Shown: positions 37,116 to 46,410, numbered from the stretch's first letter. The stretch: DNA of 64,000 bases from an uncultured virus (IMG/VR IMGVR_UViG_3300033066_000839) (IMGVR_UViG_3300033066_000839), one strand, 5' to 3'. Notes: a model not told the origin generated them from the letters alone. Numbers and translations: made by a program.

Positions 37116-37477
37116 TGGATAACGGCTCACCATCAATACCAGTTCCAGACGGTGTACAGGTTACTAGCCCTGCGCCCGCTGCTCCAGTTGCACAAGCTGC
37201 ACCTGCGGAAGCGGCTGCGCCCGTACAACAGCCTATGCCAGATATGTCAGCTAAGGACGGCGGCAGTACAAATAGCTTTAATGATTTTATTAAGTCTATA
37301 AATTGGTTGGAAGCGGGTTTTGCTATACTTGGTGCTGTAGGGTTATATTATACCGTATATTATTATCGTTATAAGCTAAAAGAAGACAGGGTTGCTAACA
37401 GCGATACCCAACGTCAGATTGATGAGATAAAAATGAATGTACAAAGTGCTATGAAAGGAAAGTATCAGGCACTATAA
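37115..37477 (+). CDS. Membrane protein with Pro/Ala-rich N-terminus
   Basis: Central TM; TAATG coupling. Confidence 0.65.
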   Translation: MDNGSPSIPVPDGVQVTSPAPAAPVAQAAPAEAAAPVQQPMPDMSAKDGGSTNSFNDFIKSINWLEAGFAILGAVGLYYTVYYYRYKLKEDRVANSDTQRQIDEIKMNVQSAMKGKYQAL

Positions 37478-37491
37478 AGTGATAAAACCAT

Positions 37492-38139
37492 ATGCTTATA
37501 AACGAGCTTGTTCAAGGTAACGCCAATAGAGAGGAGTTATTATTGTTGCAGTCGGAAAGCTATTTAGACCAGTGCTTTACCGAGTTAACGCATTATTTGT
37601 TCCCGCCTAATGATTCAGAAACTACGAAAGCAGAGCTGAATGAATTAGTAGGCATGACAGAAGAGTTATTTCAGGACCAGAAGAGCACAAAACGCTTTAT
37701 GAATTATGATACCTCTTTAGGTGTGATAATGGTTAAATACCTTATGAGACGCGGTATAGAGCAGAAGGAAGCAGAGCCGCTGGTATCTGCGATGTTACGT
37801 GATATAGACCCGCTTATAGGTAAGCTCAAATTTTACTTTCAACGCCCGCGACCTAATGTGTTGGCGCATTACATGAGATTGAAGCTGATACCTTTCTTTT
37901 CTTTAACAGGTAGCAGCCCCAGTTATCCTAGCGGTCATGCCGTGCAAGCAAAATTCTTTGCCGAAATTATCGGTAATAAATATCCTAAGCTATATAAAGA
38001 TGTGCACGCATTCGCAGATGATGTATGTATGTCAAGGCTATTCATGGGTGTACATTATCAAAGCGATATTGACTACGCATCACTGGTAGTAGACCATGCA
38101 ATGAAAGTACAGGAGCTAAAATTAAAATACCAGATATGA
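37492..38139 (+). CDS. PAP2/vanadium-haloperoxidase-family phosphatase
   Basis: KFYFQRPRP, SYPSGHA, SRLFMGVHYQSD. Confidence 0.85.
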   Translation: MLINELVQGNANREELLLLQSESYLDQCFTELTHYLFPPNDSETTKAELNELVGMTEELFQDQKSTKRFMNYDTSLGVIMVKYLMRRGIEQKEAEPLVSAMLRDIDPLIGKLKFYFQRPRPNVLAHYMRLKLIPFFSLTGSSPSYPSGHAVQAKFFAEIIGNKYPKLYKDVHAFADDVCMSRLFMGVHYQSDIDYASLVVDHAMKVQELKLKYQI

Positions 38140-38154
38140 TATGGCTAATTCCAT

Positions 38155-38212
38155 AAAAAAAGCCCCACGTTGGCGGGGCAGCAGAACATTTCTTTTCGAG
38201 GGAAAATTCTAA
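38155..38212 (-). ncRNA. Candidate ~60-nt small RNA
   Basis: Minus-strand TTTG-21nt-TATCTTTG promoter (38215-38247), hairpin, then terminator gccccgccaacgtggggc plus T7; no ORF. Confidence 0.5.
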
Positions 38213-38250
38213 TGCAAAGATAAATAAATAAAGTTTAATAACCCAAAAAT

Positions 38251-38634
38251 ATGAGTACAGTCGAACAAATAAACGAAGCGATAAAACACGTAGACAGTAA
38301 TCAGGTATCTGACGGGTATCATACATTTGGAGAGTTATATGAGCATCGTATCATATTATACATGGCATTGTGTCGCAAACTTTCTGATGACGGTGCTCCT
38401 GTGTGGCTTTCAAAAGCTCATTCAGATGGCTCTGTATGGGATGATTGGTTTATATTGGGTATCTATATGCAAGCTGGCAAACAAATAACTTACCATTTAC
38501 CTGATAAATATCTTGAAGAGTGTAAGCGGTTTGCTACTGTTTTTGATAAAGCTCCTGAATATGATGGGCATACTTCAGCAGATGTGTTAACAAGATTGAG
38601 TAATATTGGCACAAAACAAAAAACCGCCAATTAA
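38251..38634 (+). CDS. Conserved phage protein (WDGH-like family)
   Basis: SDGYHTFGELYEHR...WFILGI...QITYHL...YDGHT. Confidence 0.75.
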   Translation: MSTVEQINEAIKHVDSNQVSDGYHTFGELYEHRIILYMALCRKLSDDGAPVWLSKAHSDGSVWDDWFILGIYMQAGKQITYHLPDKYLEECKRFATVFDKAPEYDGHTSADVLTRLSNIGTKQKTAN

Positions 38635-38644
38635 GACGGTCTTT
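38619..38644 (-). terminator. Terminator downstream of the tRNA
   Basis: Reverse complement gaccgtc-ttaatt-ggcggtt plus T-run. Confidence 0.6.
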
Positions 38645-38673
38645 CTGTAATACCCCCATTACTATGGAACTAA

Positions 38674-38750
38674 TGGTTGCGGGGACGGGACTTGAACCCG
38701 CGACTTTCAGGTTATGAGCCTGAATTTCTAGCCAACTGAATTACCCCACG
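38674..38750 (-). tRNA. tRNA-Met (CAT), initiator-like
   Basis: 77-nt cloverleaf; C1:A72 mismatch; anticodon arm TCAGG-CTCATAA-CCTGA; TTCAAGT T-loop; encoded CCA; TACTTTTG promoter just upstream. Confidence 0.9.
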
Positions 38751-38791
38751 AAGCAAAAGTAATACAAAAAACTATTTCCAAAGAATAATTT

Positions 38792-39196
38792 ATGCAAATA
38801 CAGCTCGGAGAAGATGGTAAAGCGAAATGGAAACAAGGTTGGTATGTCATAGGAGATAAGAAGTATTATTTCCGAAGTAATTGGGAACGTAGGTATGCTC
38901 TGTATCTTCAGATATTAAAGCAACACAACGAAATTGCGGACTGGGAATATGAGCCAGATACATTTTGGTTTGATAAGATAAAGAGGGGTGTACGAAGCTA
39001 TAAGCCTGACTTTAAGGTATTCCATAAGAACGGTACTATTGAGTATGTGGAAGTAAAAGGGTACATGGATGAAAAGAGCGCAACTAAGATAAAGCGTATG
39101 CGTATATACCATCCTACGGTAAAACTACGTGTTGTGCTTGGTGAGTGGTTTAAACAGAATGCCAAAGCACTAAAAATATTGTGCAAAGAGTGGTGA
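38792..39196 (+). CDS. PD-(D/E)xK endonuclease (DUF1064-like)
   Basis: FRSNWE, WEYEP, YKPDF, VEVKG. Confidence 0.8.
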   Translation: MQIQLGEDGKAKWKQGWYVIGDKKYYFRSNWERRYALYLQILKQHNEIADWEYEPDTFWFDKIKRGVRSYKPDFKVFHKNGTIEYVEVKGYMDEKSATKIKRMRIYHPTVKLRVVLGEWFKQNAKALKILCKEW

Positions 39197-39253
39197 AAAA
39201 ATCTAGGCATTAAGAAATAAATAAAACACTATATTTGCGTGTACAGCGAGAGT

Positions 39254-39694
39254 ATGCCAAAAGTTAACCCAACAGACTTATTTTCGGAAATAGCCTTTAC
39301 CGTAGAGGCTCTAGGAGTTGACGGAACTATTAACGTCTTGAAAAGAGCCCGTTCTGAAAGCCTGACTTTCACAGATAAAAAGGTGAATTTCCTATGTGGA
39401 TTAGTGCAAGAACGATTTAAAACATCGGCACAGGATATAATCGTTAGCAAATCAAAAGACGGTAATAGGCTAAATGCTCTTAAATTTATATGTTATTACC
39501 TGAAGGTGTCTTTTAAAATACCAGTAAAACAAATAGCTGTAATCATTAGCAGAGATACATCGCTTGTTCGCAGGTATTGTATTGAAATGAACACTATAAA
39601 AACAACAAAGCCTAATCATGGACTGCAAAGACATTTTCAGGCTTTCGATATAGCGATAACCGAATTTCAGATAAACAGTAAAAAAGGTAAATAA
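39254..39694 (+). CDS. DNA-binding protein with DnaA-C-terminal-like HTH
   Basis: C-terminal KQIAVIISRDTSLVRRY; TATATTTG promoter at 39230-39237. Confidence 0.5.
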   Translation: MPKVNPTDLFSEIAFTVEALGVDGTINVLKRARSESLTFTDKKVNFLCGLVQERFKTSAQDIIVSKSKDGNRLNALKFICYYLKVSFKIPVKQIAVIISRDTSLVRRYCIEMNTIKTTKPNHGLQRHFQAFDIAITEFQINSKKGK

Positions 39695-40653
39695 TGCCAG
39701 AATATACAGAACCAGAAGAAAAAGGAGGAGACTTTAACCCTCTTAATGACAGAGTAAATGAGAAGCCTTACTCTAGACTTAATGTAAAGACCAGCGCGGA
39801 TTCTTTAAATAGACCTATTCAAGAGCCATTCTTTACACCTCCGCCAATGAATGAAAATGTCACAGGGGAGAAAAGCACATCGTCTGGTTCTGGCGGTAGT
39901 AAATCAGGACCTAATCCAGCGGATAGCTTTAATCCGCAAATGAATGATATTCCTGCTGGAGAGAAAGCAAAGGCTAGTGAGCATGTAGCCGCTATGATTA
40001 TGCAAGGCTATGAGTTTGTAAACCAGCTTGCTAACAAAGGTCTGATGTTTAGCGAGAAGCGCCTGATGAAATTGCAGCAGTCTGGTGAAATAGACTTGGC
40101 TAATACTGCTATTCCGTATGATATGGAGGGCAATTTAATGCCAGCATCGGAATACATACAGACATATAACGAGCAGCAGCAAGATGCATTTAAAGTTAGC
40201 GATGAGTTTAAGGCGGAAGTTACGCCAGTCCTTACCCGAGTTTTGCAAAAGCGTGGCGTAGGTATGACCGATGAGCAATTCCTTATGTTTATGTTCGGTA
40301 AAGACATAGCTATCAAAGGTGTTCAATTTGTTGCCATACGCTCACAAATGAATCAGATTATAGCATTGATGAAGGAGTCTCATGCAAGAGGTGCTACAGC
40401 TCCGCCGCCACCAGCCCCGCAACCCACTTATGCTGCTCCCGATAATCGAGAGCCAGAATACGAGGAGGAGGAAGAGATTATAGAAGTTCATCATGTTCCA
40501 TTCGCAGAGGAAACGGCTAATGATACTGTTGAACGAATGACTAATCCTGATGGCTATGCGCAGAAGCAACAAAGGGTAGTAAAGGTAAAGCCAAAAAACA
40601 AAGGTGGCAGACCTAAGAAAGCCAGTAAAAAAGCAGTAGCAAAACCAGTATAG
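39694..40653 (+). CDS. Hypothetical protein upstream of the packaging ATPase
   Basis: Long ORF with TAATG coupling. Confidence 0.65.
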   Translation: MPEYTEPEEKGGDFNPLNDRVNEKPYSRLNVKTSADSLNRPIQEPFFTPPPMNENVTGEKSTSSGSGGSKSGPNPADSFNPQMNDIPAGEKAKASEHVAAMIMQGYEFVNQLANKGLMFSEKRLMKLQQSGEIDLANTAIPYDMEGNLMPASEYIQTYNEQQQDAFKVSDEFKAEVTPVLTRVLQKRGVGMTDEQFLMFMFGKDIAIKGVQFVAIRSQMNQIIALMKESHARGATAPPPPAPQPTYAAPDNREPEYEEEEEIIEVHHVPFAEETANDTVERMTNPDGYAQKQQRVVKVKPKNKGGRPKKASKKAVAKPV

Positions 40654-40658
40654 TAATC

Positions 40659-41516
40659 ATGGCAAGGGAGTGTAAAGTTATAGTCGCCGTAGGTAAAAAG
40701 GGCGTAGGTAAAACTGTAGCTACGATAGAAATGATATATCAGTATGTTACTGGTAATATGGCTAAAGGCGTACCCCCGCGTAAAGCATTGATATTTGATG
40801 TTAATGATGAGTTTGGCTCATTCTGGTTTCATGGTGCGACACATTCTATACCATCACTAGCCATTAAAGACATACCGTTATTCAGCGTGCACCCTAAAAT
40901 AGAAGTACGTAGAATAAGACCTTTTTGGGATGACGGCAGAAAGATGAGTATTGATGATATGGCGCAGGTGCTAGGCATCATACTGGATAATTACCGTAAT
41001 GGTTTATTGCTTGTAGAAGATATTAACAAGTATTCGAGTGATACACCTAAAAAAGATTTAGTGTCTGCCCTTGCCACAGTGCGCCACATAGGTATAGACC
41101 TTATTGCACACTATCAAAGCGTTGGTAGACCTGCCAATCCAAAGCTATTAGGTAACATATCATTCATACGGATGCACAAAACGAATGATAGTGTAGCGCG
41201 TCATAAAAATAAATTTGAAGACAGGACAGAGATACTAATGATTGGTGAGGCTATTGTAGCTAATAGATATAATGGAGGCGATAAACGGTATTACTTGTAT
41301 GTTGATATTGACGAGAGTAAAATACTTAGCGCTAAGGGCAACTTCACTGATGAGGAAGTAAATGCAGCCATAGAAGATTATATCAGTAAGAACCACAACA
41401 ATCTTGTAAAGCCACTGCTTAATAAATACGATTTAGTGAATAATCAAAAGATTTATACCCCTGTTACCGCCATAGAACAGGTGCGTAAAGAACTGAAGGA
41501 AAAGTATTTCCAATAA
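40659..41516 (+). CDS. Genome packaging ATPase, FtsK-HerA superfamily (P9/A32-like)
   Basis: Walker A GKKGVGKT at N-terminus, Walker B LLLVED, RH-x-Q signature RHIGIDLIAHYQ; about 285 aa; no nuclease domain. Confidence 0.8.
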   Translation: MARECKVIVAVGKKGVGKTVATIEMIYQYVTGNMAKGVPPRKALIFDVNDEFGSFWFHGATHSIPSLAIKDIPLFSVHPKIEVRRIRPFWDDGRKMSIDDMAQVLGIILDNYRNGLLLVEDINKYSSDTPKKDLVSALATVRHIGIDLIAHYQSVGRPANPKLLGNISFIRMHKTNDSVARHKNKFEDRTEILMIGEAIVANRYNGGDKRYYLYVDIDESKILSAKGNFTDEEVNAAIEDYISKNHNNLVKPLLNKYDLVNNQKIYTPVTAIEQVRKELKEKYFQ

Positions 41517-41614
41517 TCATTCCATTCTAACCCGTCAAATAAGGCTTTCAGCCGAATTAAAGGAGTATCTATTGATATTCCTTTTTTTTTCGTGAGTATC
41601 ATATTGCTAATACT

Positions 41615-41645
41615 TTGATTTGAACGATTTATATATCTAAGTTTG
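41615..41645 (+). promoter_or_regulatory. Promoter of the capsid operon
   Basis: TTTG elements upstream of TAAGTTTG (41638-41645). Confidence 0.6.
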
Positions 41646-41692
41646 TTATCGTAATACTATCTGAATAGAATTACGCTTAAAAACTAACAATT

Positions 41693-41824
41693 ATGTTTAG
41701 TGCAGAAAATATTAAAAAACTCGTAGGTCAAGTATTAATAGTAGCGGTAGGTGCGCTTATTGCTATGAAAGTGAATGAGAGAATGGGTATGGCTAAAATT
41801 GCTCCCCCTAAAAAAGAAGCATAA
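41693..41824 (+). CDS. 43-aa membrane protein (not in ORF track)
   Basis: MFSAENIKKLVGQVLIVAVGALIAMKVNERMGMAKIAPPKKEA; lies between ATPase and capsid candidate. Confidence 0.7.
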   Translation: MFSAENIKKLVGQVLIVAVGALIAMKVNERMGMAKIAPPKKEA

Positions 41825-41855
41825 CAACTTTTTATAACGAAAAAAAACGACTATC

Positions 41856-42593
41856 ATGTCACATATTAAGAAATACTTACAAAACAACCTGAATTTCGCG
41901 AATGAGTCATTCGCAAACGCGGACGGTTTCATTGATGACGACTTGCAGTTTACTGCGGGTGAAGATTTCATGAATGCTGGTGGTGGTGAGCAAGGAATGG
42001 GTTATAGCCCAGCTCCGACATCACAGCCGTACATCATAACTGTATCAAACGTGTCTGCCGTTGCGGTAGCTAACTTTGACGTTCTGGGTGCGTACCAATA
42101 CCTGCAAAATACAGGCTTCACTTCTGGTTCACTGTCTATCAGTGGTGTTACAATCAGCTCTGCTATCAGTAACATTACATACCAAGAGTTCCTGTATCAA
42201 TCAATGAACTCACCTTTCTCTGTAGGTCTTACTTACATCGAAAGCGTATCTGGTTCAACTTCACAGGTATCTCAAACCATCACAGTGAACACTCGTGATG
42301 CGAACGGTAACCAAGCGTTGAAAACGCTCGTGCCAACCATTGACCCATACCAGCAACAATCTGGTATCATAGCCATGAAGCAAGGCTATCGTATAGACGG
42401 TTTCACAAAACTGACTATCGCAAGCGTTCTTGCATCGGCTGTGTTCCGTCTTCACTTCTACCCTGCTGACAACATCAATATTGCTCGCGGTCTTGCATCT
42501 CGTCCAGTATCTCGTCAGTACGGCAACCCGAACATTGTTCGTAGTTCCGTTCAGGTTATCGGTGGCGACACAGTGAAAGCACGCTTAGGCTAG
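41856..42593 (+). CDS. Candidate major capsid protein (beta-rich, single jelly-roll sized)
   Basis: Follows packaging ATPase; own promoter and terminator; codons biased to AAC/TTC/ATC/GGT; beta-strand-like pattern; paralogue at 56898. Confidence 0.65.
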   Translation: MSHIKKYLQNNLNFANESFANADGFIDDDLQFTAGEDFMNAGGGEQGMGYSPAPTSQPYIITVSNVSAVAVANFDVLGAYQYLQNTGFTSGSLSISGVTISSAISNITYQEFLYQSMNSPFSVGLTYIESVSGSTSQVSQTITVNTRDANGNQALKTLVPTIDPYQQQSGIIAMKQGYRIDGFTKLTIASVLASAVFRLHFYPADNINIARGLASRPVSRQYGNPNIVRSSVQVIGGDTVKARLG

Positions 42594-42614
42594 AATAAGC
42601 CAATCCGAATAATT

Positions 42615-42657
42615 AAAGGGGGTTAGGTCGAAATGCAGATTTCCCTAACCCCTTTTT
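42615..42657 (+). terminator. Terminator after the capsid candidate
   Basis: aggggg-ttagg...cctaa-cccct followed by a T-run. Confidence 0.7.
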
Positions 42658-42672
42658 CAATATCCAGCAAAC

Positions 42673-43107
42673 ATGAATGTATATCAGTATATAGCGACAA
42701 ACAATCCGTCATTCGCAAAGAGTATTTGCAATCAGTACGGATATAGGACCGTAAATATCAGAAGTAATGCAGACTTAGCTGTATGCCTTGCTAAACTGGT
42801 AAATGCGGAGGGTGAGCCAGCATTCAAAGATATTATGAATGGTCATCCAGATAAAGATGTGATACTGGAGCTGTATGCTGCCAAGCCAGTGGAAACGCAT
42901 AGCAGTGCTGACGGTACAAGAGATGGCGGCGGTTATGGGTGCATGAATGGCTGTGGGTGCAGAAGTTGTCAACAAAGGCAAATGCATCATTATATGAATG
43001 CTGACGGCAGCGGTGCGAGAGAAAGCTCGGCTTCAAGCCTAACAAGCGTAAGTATTATTGCAGCAGCTATGATACTTGCAGTAGCAGTACTTACAAATAA
43101 CAAATAG
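42673..43107 (+). CDS. Putative virion membrane protein
   Basis: C-terminal TM; YMNADG motif; CxxGCGCxxC. Confidence 0.7.
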   Translation: MNVYQYIATNNPSFAKSICNQYGYRTVNIRSNADLAVCLAKLVNAEGEPAFKDIMNGHPDKDVILELYAAKPVETHSSADGTRDGGGYGCMNGCGCRSCQQRQMHHYMNADGSGARESSASSLTSVSIIAAAMILAVAVLTNNK

Positions 43108-43111
43108 ATTT

Positions 43112-43684
43112 ATGCCACAGTTTGATACACAACAATTAATAGACTACGCTCGCAGCGCGATTGCTAAAGCCGTTGTAAATGACCCTGAAGGGGTTATGAA
43201 TATACTCAAACGTAACGGTGTTGAATTACCTAAAGGCTTATCTGAAAATGAGTTGTATGCCGCAGTAATGACTGGTATGCGTGTGAGTCTTGCATTTAGG
43301 ACTGATATGGTTAATTACCTTAAATCATCTCCTTATGCAAACTACATAGAAGACTCTTACGGCTCAGCAGATGGTACGTCTCCAGACGGAGCGCCAACGG
43401 GTTCAACGGTTAAACGTGCACTTACACCAGAACGTGTAGGCAGCTATCTTGACGCTGCTGCCAATCTATTAGTATCTGCTTTGGGCTCAAAAATGCGTAA
43501 AGAAGGTGAGGAGAGAGCTATTACATATGAGATAGCACAAAAAGACAGGCTTACAGCCGAAGGTCAGGCGAAAGCCCCGATTGCTGTAGGTCAGAAAAAA
43601 ATACTTGTACCCGTACTTATCGGTGTAAGCGCATTGCTGGTGGCTGGTGTAGTATGGTATATGGTTAAAAAGGGTAAGAAATAA
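43112..43684 (+). CDS. Putative virion membrane protein
   Basis: C-terminal TM followed by KKGKK; YGSADG. Confidence 0.7.
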   Translation: MPQFDTQQLIDYARSAIAKAVVNDPEGVMNILKRNGVELPKGLSENELYAAVMTGMRVSLAFRTDMVNYLKSSPYANYIEDSYGSADGTSPDGAPTGSTVKRALTPERVGSYLDAAANLLVSALGSKMRKEGEERAITYEIAQKDRLTAEGQAKAPIAVGQKKILVPVLIGVSALLVAGVVWYMVKKGKK

Positions 43685-43687
43685 CTA

Positions 43688-43906
43688 ATGGCAACAGGTA
43701 AGGACATACTTGAAAAGGTTAAATCCATGAAAGACATGGACACCACTACTGGTATAACTAAAAGAGGTGTGTTTATATCTGGTGCAATAGGTGCTGGTGT
43801 TGGTGTGGCTATTGGATATAGCAGAAAGTATAACCTTTTGATGAGTGCCTTTATTGGTGCTGCCATATTCGGGTTAACGGCAAATTACTTTATCAATAAA
43901 AAATAA
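43688..43906 (+). CDS. Two-TM small membrane protein
   Basis: Gly-rich TM hairpin. Confidence 0.7.
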   Translation: MATGKDILEKVKSMKDMDTTTGITKRGVFISGAIGAGVGVAIGYSRKYNLLMSAFIGAAIFGLTANYFINKK

Positions 43907-43907
43907 C

Positions 43908-44081
43908 ATGAGCGATTTATTTGATAAGAGCAACATTACAAAAACACTTGTGGCAGCGGGCGCACTGGTAGGCATTATATATGGGATGAGAACCCATAAG
44001 AGCCTATTTATTACGGGCGCTGCGGCAGTTGGATTGGGTATTGTAGGCGGGCTTATCGGAGATGCGGTCACTAAATCATAA
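43908..44081 (+). CDS. Two-TM 57-aa membrane protein (not in ORF track)
   Basis: MSDLFDKSNITKTLVAAGALVGIIYGMRTHKSLFITGAAAVGLGIVGG... Confidence 0.7.
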   Translation: MSDLFDKSNITKTLVAAGALVGIIYGMRTHKSLFITGAAAVGLGIVGGLIGDAVTKS

Positions 44082-44083
44082 TA

Positions 44084-44341
44084 ATGAAAAAACCACTTTT
44101 TGGAATGATATTATTTAGCGGTGTTATTATAGGCGCTGCTATATTGATTTATCGTAATATCCGAAAGACACCAAGAAACAACGATGATGACAGCAACTTT
44201 AGTAATGCAACTGGCAGGGCTGGTCTAACGAGCAAGCCTAAAAGATATAATGTGATGACGACAAGTGAAAGGATGCATATTAACAGTTCGGCATCAATGG
44301 GCATGTTTAAAAGAGGTGTATGCCCTCCTCAATGCGATTAA
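44084..44341 (+). CDS. Putative virion membrane protein
   Basis: N-terminal TM; FSNATG. Confidence 0.65.
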   Translation: MKKPLFGMILFSGVIIGAAILIYRNIRKTPRNNDDDSNFSNATGRAGLTSKPKRYNVMTTSERMHINSSASMGMFKRGVCPPQCD

Positions 44342-44368
44342 ATTTGTAACCATTTTAAAACTCAATAT

Positions 44369-44491
44369 ATGAGCAAGACACAAAAAAACCTTTTAATTGT
44401 TGCTGGTTTGGCAGTAGTAGCGTATTACGCATATACTCAATACCAGAAGAAAAACAACTCTAACGCTGCTGGATTTATCAGAGAGCACTAG
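44369..44491 (+). CDS. 40-aa membrane peptide (not in ORF track; paralogue of 44528)
   Basis: MSKTQKNLLIVAGLAVVAYYAYTQYQKKNNSNAAGFIREH. Confidence 0.7.
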   Translation: MSKTQKNLLIVAGLAVVAYYAYTQYQKKNNSNAAGFIREH

Positions 44492-44527
44492 AATTATTGT
44501 ATTTCATAAATCTTTAAAAAAGTAAAC

Positions 44528-44722
44528 ATGACAAAAATGCAAAAAAACCTAGCAATAGGTGTCGGTTTGGTAGTAATTGCTTACGTAGCATATAACCAAG
44601 TGAAGAAAAACCAAGCTAAGAAAGCGATTGCGGCAGCAGCATCTACTGGTACTCCTGTAGCAACGAAAGACAAGTTTGGCGGAAACACTGGCAGCGGTTT
44701 CTGGAGTAATATTTTCGGGTAG
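44528..44722 (+). CDS. Putative virion membrane protein
   Basis: MTKMQKNLAIGVGLVVIAYVAY. Confidence 0.7.
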   Translation: MTKMQKNLAIGVGLVVIAYVAYNQVKKNQAKKAIAAAASTGTPVATKDKFGGNTGSGFWSNIFG

Positions 44723-44736
44723 TAAAAACAATAATA

Positions 44737-45051
44737 ATGACCGCTGAAAAAACAGCTAACCAGATGTGGCGTGCTAGTGGAACAACACTGCCGTTTAAAG
44801 AATGGTTATCGCGAGAGAAAACAAAATACAGCAATGCTATCGGTCAGCCGATAGATACGCCGTTTATAGGGAATAAGCCTCTTACAGACAGTATTCAAAA
44901 GACATTGGATAGTATGCGTGGTGAGCTCCCAGTGAAAACAGAAATAACTAACAAGACATTATTGGGAATCAATAAAACTGTTGTTATAGTCGGCGTTCTT
45001 ATAGTTGTAGCCGCTGTCGGGTATAAAATTTATACAGCACGTAAAAAATAG
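44737..45051 (+). CDS. Putative virion membrane protein
   Basis: C-terminal TM; YSNAIG. Confidence 0.7.
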   Translation: MTAEKTANQMWRASGTTLPFKEWLSREKTKYSNAIGQPIDTPFIGNKPLTDSIQKTLDSMRGELPVKTEITNKTLLGINKTVVIVGVLIVVAAVGYKIYTARKK

Positions 45052-45053
45052 GT

Positions 45054-45359
45054 ATGAGTACTAGAAATTTATTATTGATTGGTTCTGCTGCGTGGATTGC
45101 TTACATATTGTATAGTAATATGCAACGTGATAAGCATATCAATGACCTGAAAAGACAGGTTGCTGATACACAAAGTCAGTTAAAAGCCGCTATTGAGGGT
45201 AGGGGTCAGGCATTTACTTTGCCTCCGAAGTATGTAAATAACGGAGACTTCAGTAAAGATGCCGCTATATTCCCAGCGGGGATTAATCAGGACTACAATA
45301 CCTGTAAAGGGGTAACGGTAGCGCCGCCACCAGTTAAAGTAACATCGCTTAGAGGATAA
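45054..45359 (+). CDS. Putative virion membrane protein
   Basis: N-terminal TM plus short coiled coil. Confidence 0.65.
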   Translation: MSTRNLLLIGSAAWIAYILYSNMQRDKHINDLKRQVADTQSQLKAAIEGRGQAFTLPPKYVNNGDFSKDAAIFPAGINQDYNTCKGVTVAPPPVKVTSLRG

Positions 45360-45362
45360 GAT

Positions 45363-46157
45363 ATGAATATCAGAATACCAACTAACTATGAAGAGTTTAC
45401 GCTAGCCGTAACGGTTAAATCAGCAACGGGGCGACCAGAGTGTATACACATTACGCTCAAGGACAACACGATGCCTAATACCGTATTTACGGACAGGTAC
45501 AAGACTATCATGGATGAGTTTACATTCTATGTTCGTATGCCAGTGAGCGGTAAGAGCGCGGAATTGATAATTTATAACGAGCGCACGGGGAATATACCCT
45601 CTAAGAGTGACAGCACTTTTGAGGTGGTTAATATATCCAAGCAGCCGTTACAAAAGAAAATGGACGTAGTGGACTTCAACAATCCAGTAATACGCTCCTT
45701 TATCAATTTTTCGACACGTTTCTGCTTTAATGCTGGCGTTCTTACCAGTGGTGAGTATGTATCTGATGATGGTAAGTTTAAGATAAACTATACACCTACT
45801 ATCCTTAGTAAACGTACCAATACCGAAATGAATACCCCAGCTCGTATAAGCAAGACGACTGGTATTATTCAGATAGCACAAAAGAAATTCGTGCCTATGA
45901 CTATACCAATGCGTATGGCTATACTGATGCATGAGTTCAGTCACTATTATGTCAATGATGATATTAATAATGAGATTGAAGCGGACCTTAACGGGTTATT
46001 GATATACTTGGGTCTTGGTTATCCGAGAATTGAGGCATATCAGGCATTTTTAGGAACATTTGTCGGTACGCCTACACTTGAAAATAAAAAGCGTGCTGAT
46101 TTGATAGACAGGTTTATAAGGGATTATGAAAAAAACAATTTAGTATTCAATGGTTAG
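45363..46157 (+). CDS. Zinc metalloprotease (HExxH), candidate maturation protease
   Basis: AILMHEFSH...EIEAD. Confidence 0.75.
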   Translation: MNIRIPTNYEEFTLAVTVKSATGRPECIHITLKDNTMPNTVFTDRYKTIMDEFTFYVRMPVSGKSAELIIYNERTGNIPSKSDSTFEVVNISKQPLQKKMDVVDFNNPVIRSFINFSTRFCFNAGVLTSGEYVSDDGKFKINYTPTILSKRTNTEMNTPARISKTTGIIQIAQKKFVPMTIPMRMAILMHEFSHYYVNDDINNEIEADLNGLLIYLGLGYPRIEAYQAFLGTFVGTPTLENKKRADLIDRFIRDYEKNNLVFNG

Positions 46158-46410
46158 TAAAACACACGGCGGTTTATACGTTGCGGTAGGGCTCATATTC
46201 ATGGGTGCTGGCGCGTATTACCTATGGATGCATAGTAAACAGCACTACGCGGCTGTGATTGCTAAAGGCGGACACGGCGCTTACAGTGACCTTGTGTCTC
46301 TTGATAAAAAGTATCTCAAAGAATACGCTAAAGCAATAAAAAATAATTCAGATACTTTCATGGTAGACGGGAAAGTATTTGATGGTAAAACAGGGAGGGC
46401 AAAACGATGA
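46150..46410 (+). CDS. Putative virion membrane protein
   Basis: N-terminal TM. Confidence 0.65.
   Translation: MVSKTHGGLYVAVGLIFMGAGAYYLWMHSKQHYAAVIAKGGHGAYSDLVSLDKKYLKEYAKAIKNNSDTFMVDGKVFDGKTGRAKR

Noticed and set aside
40659..41516. ATPase as a terminase large subunit or Zot/inovirus morphogenesis ATPase
   Set aside because: Too short and lacking a nuclease domain for a terminase; no TM segment, and the genome is far too large for an inovirus.
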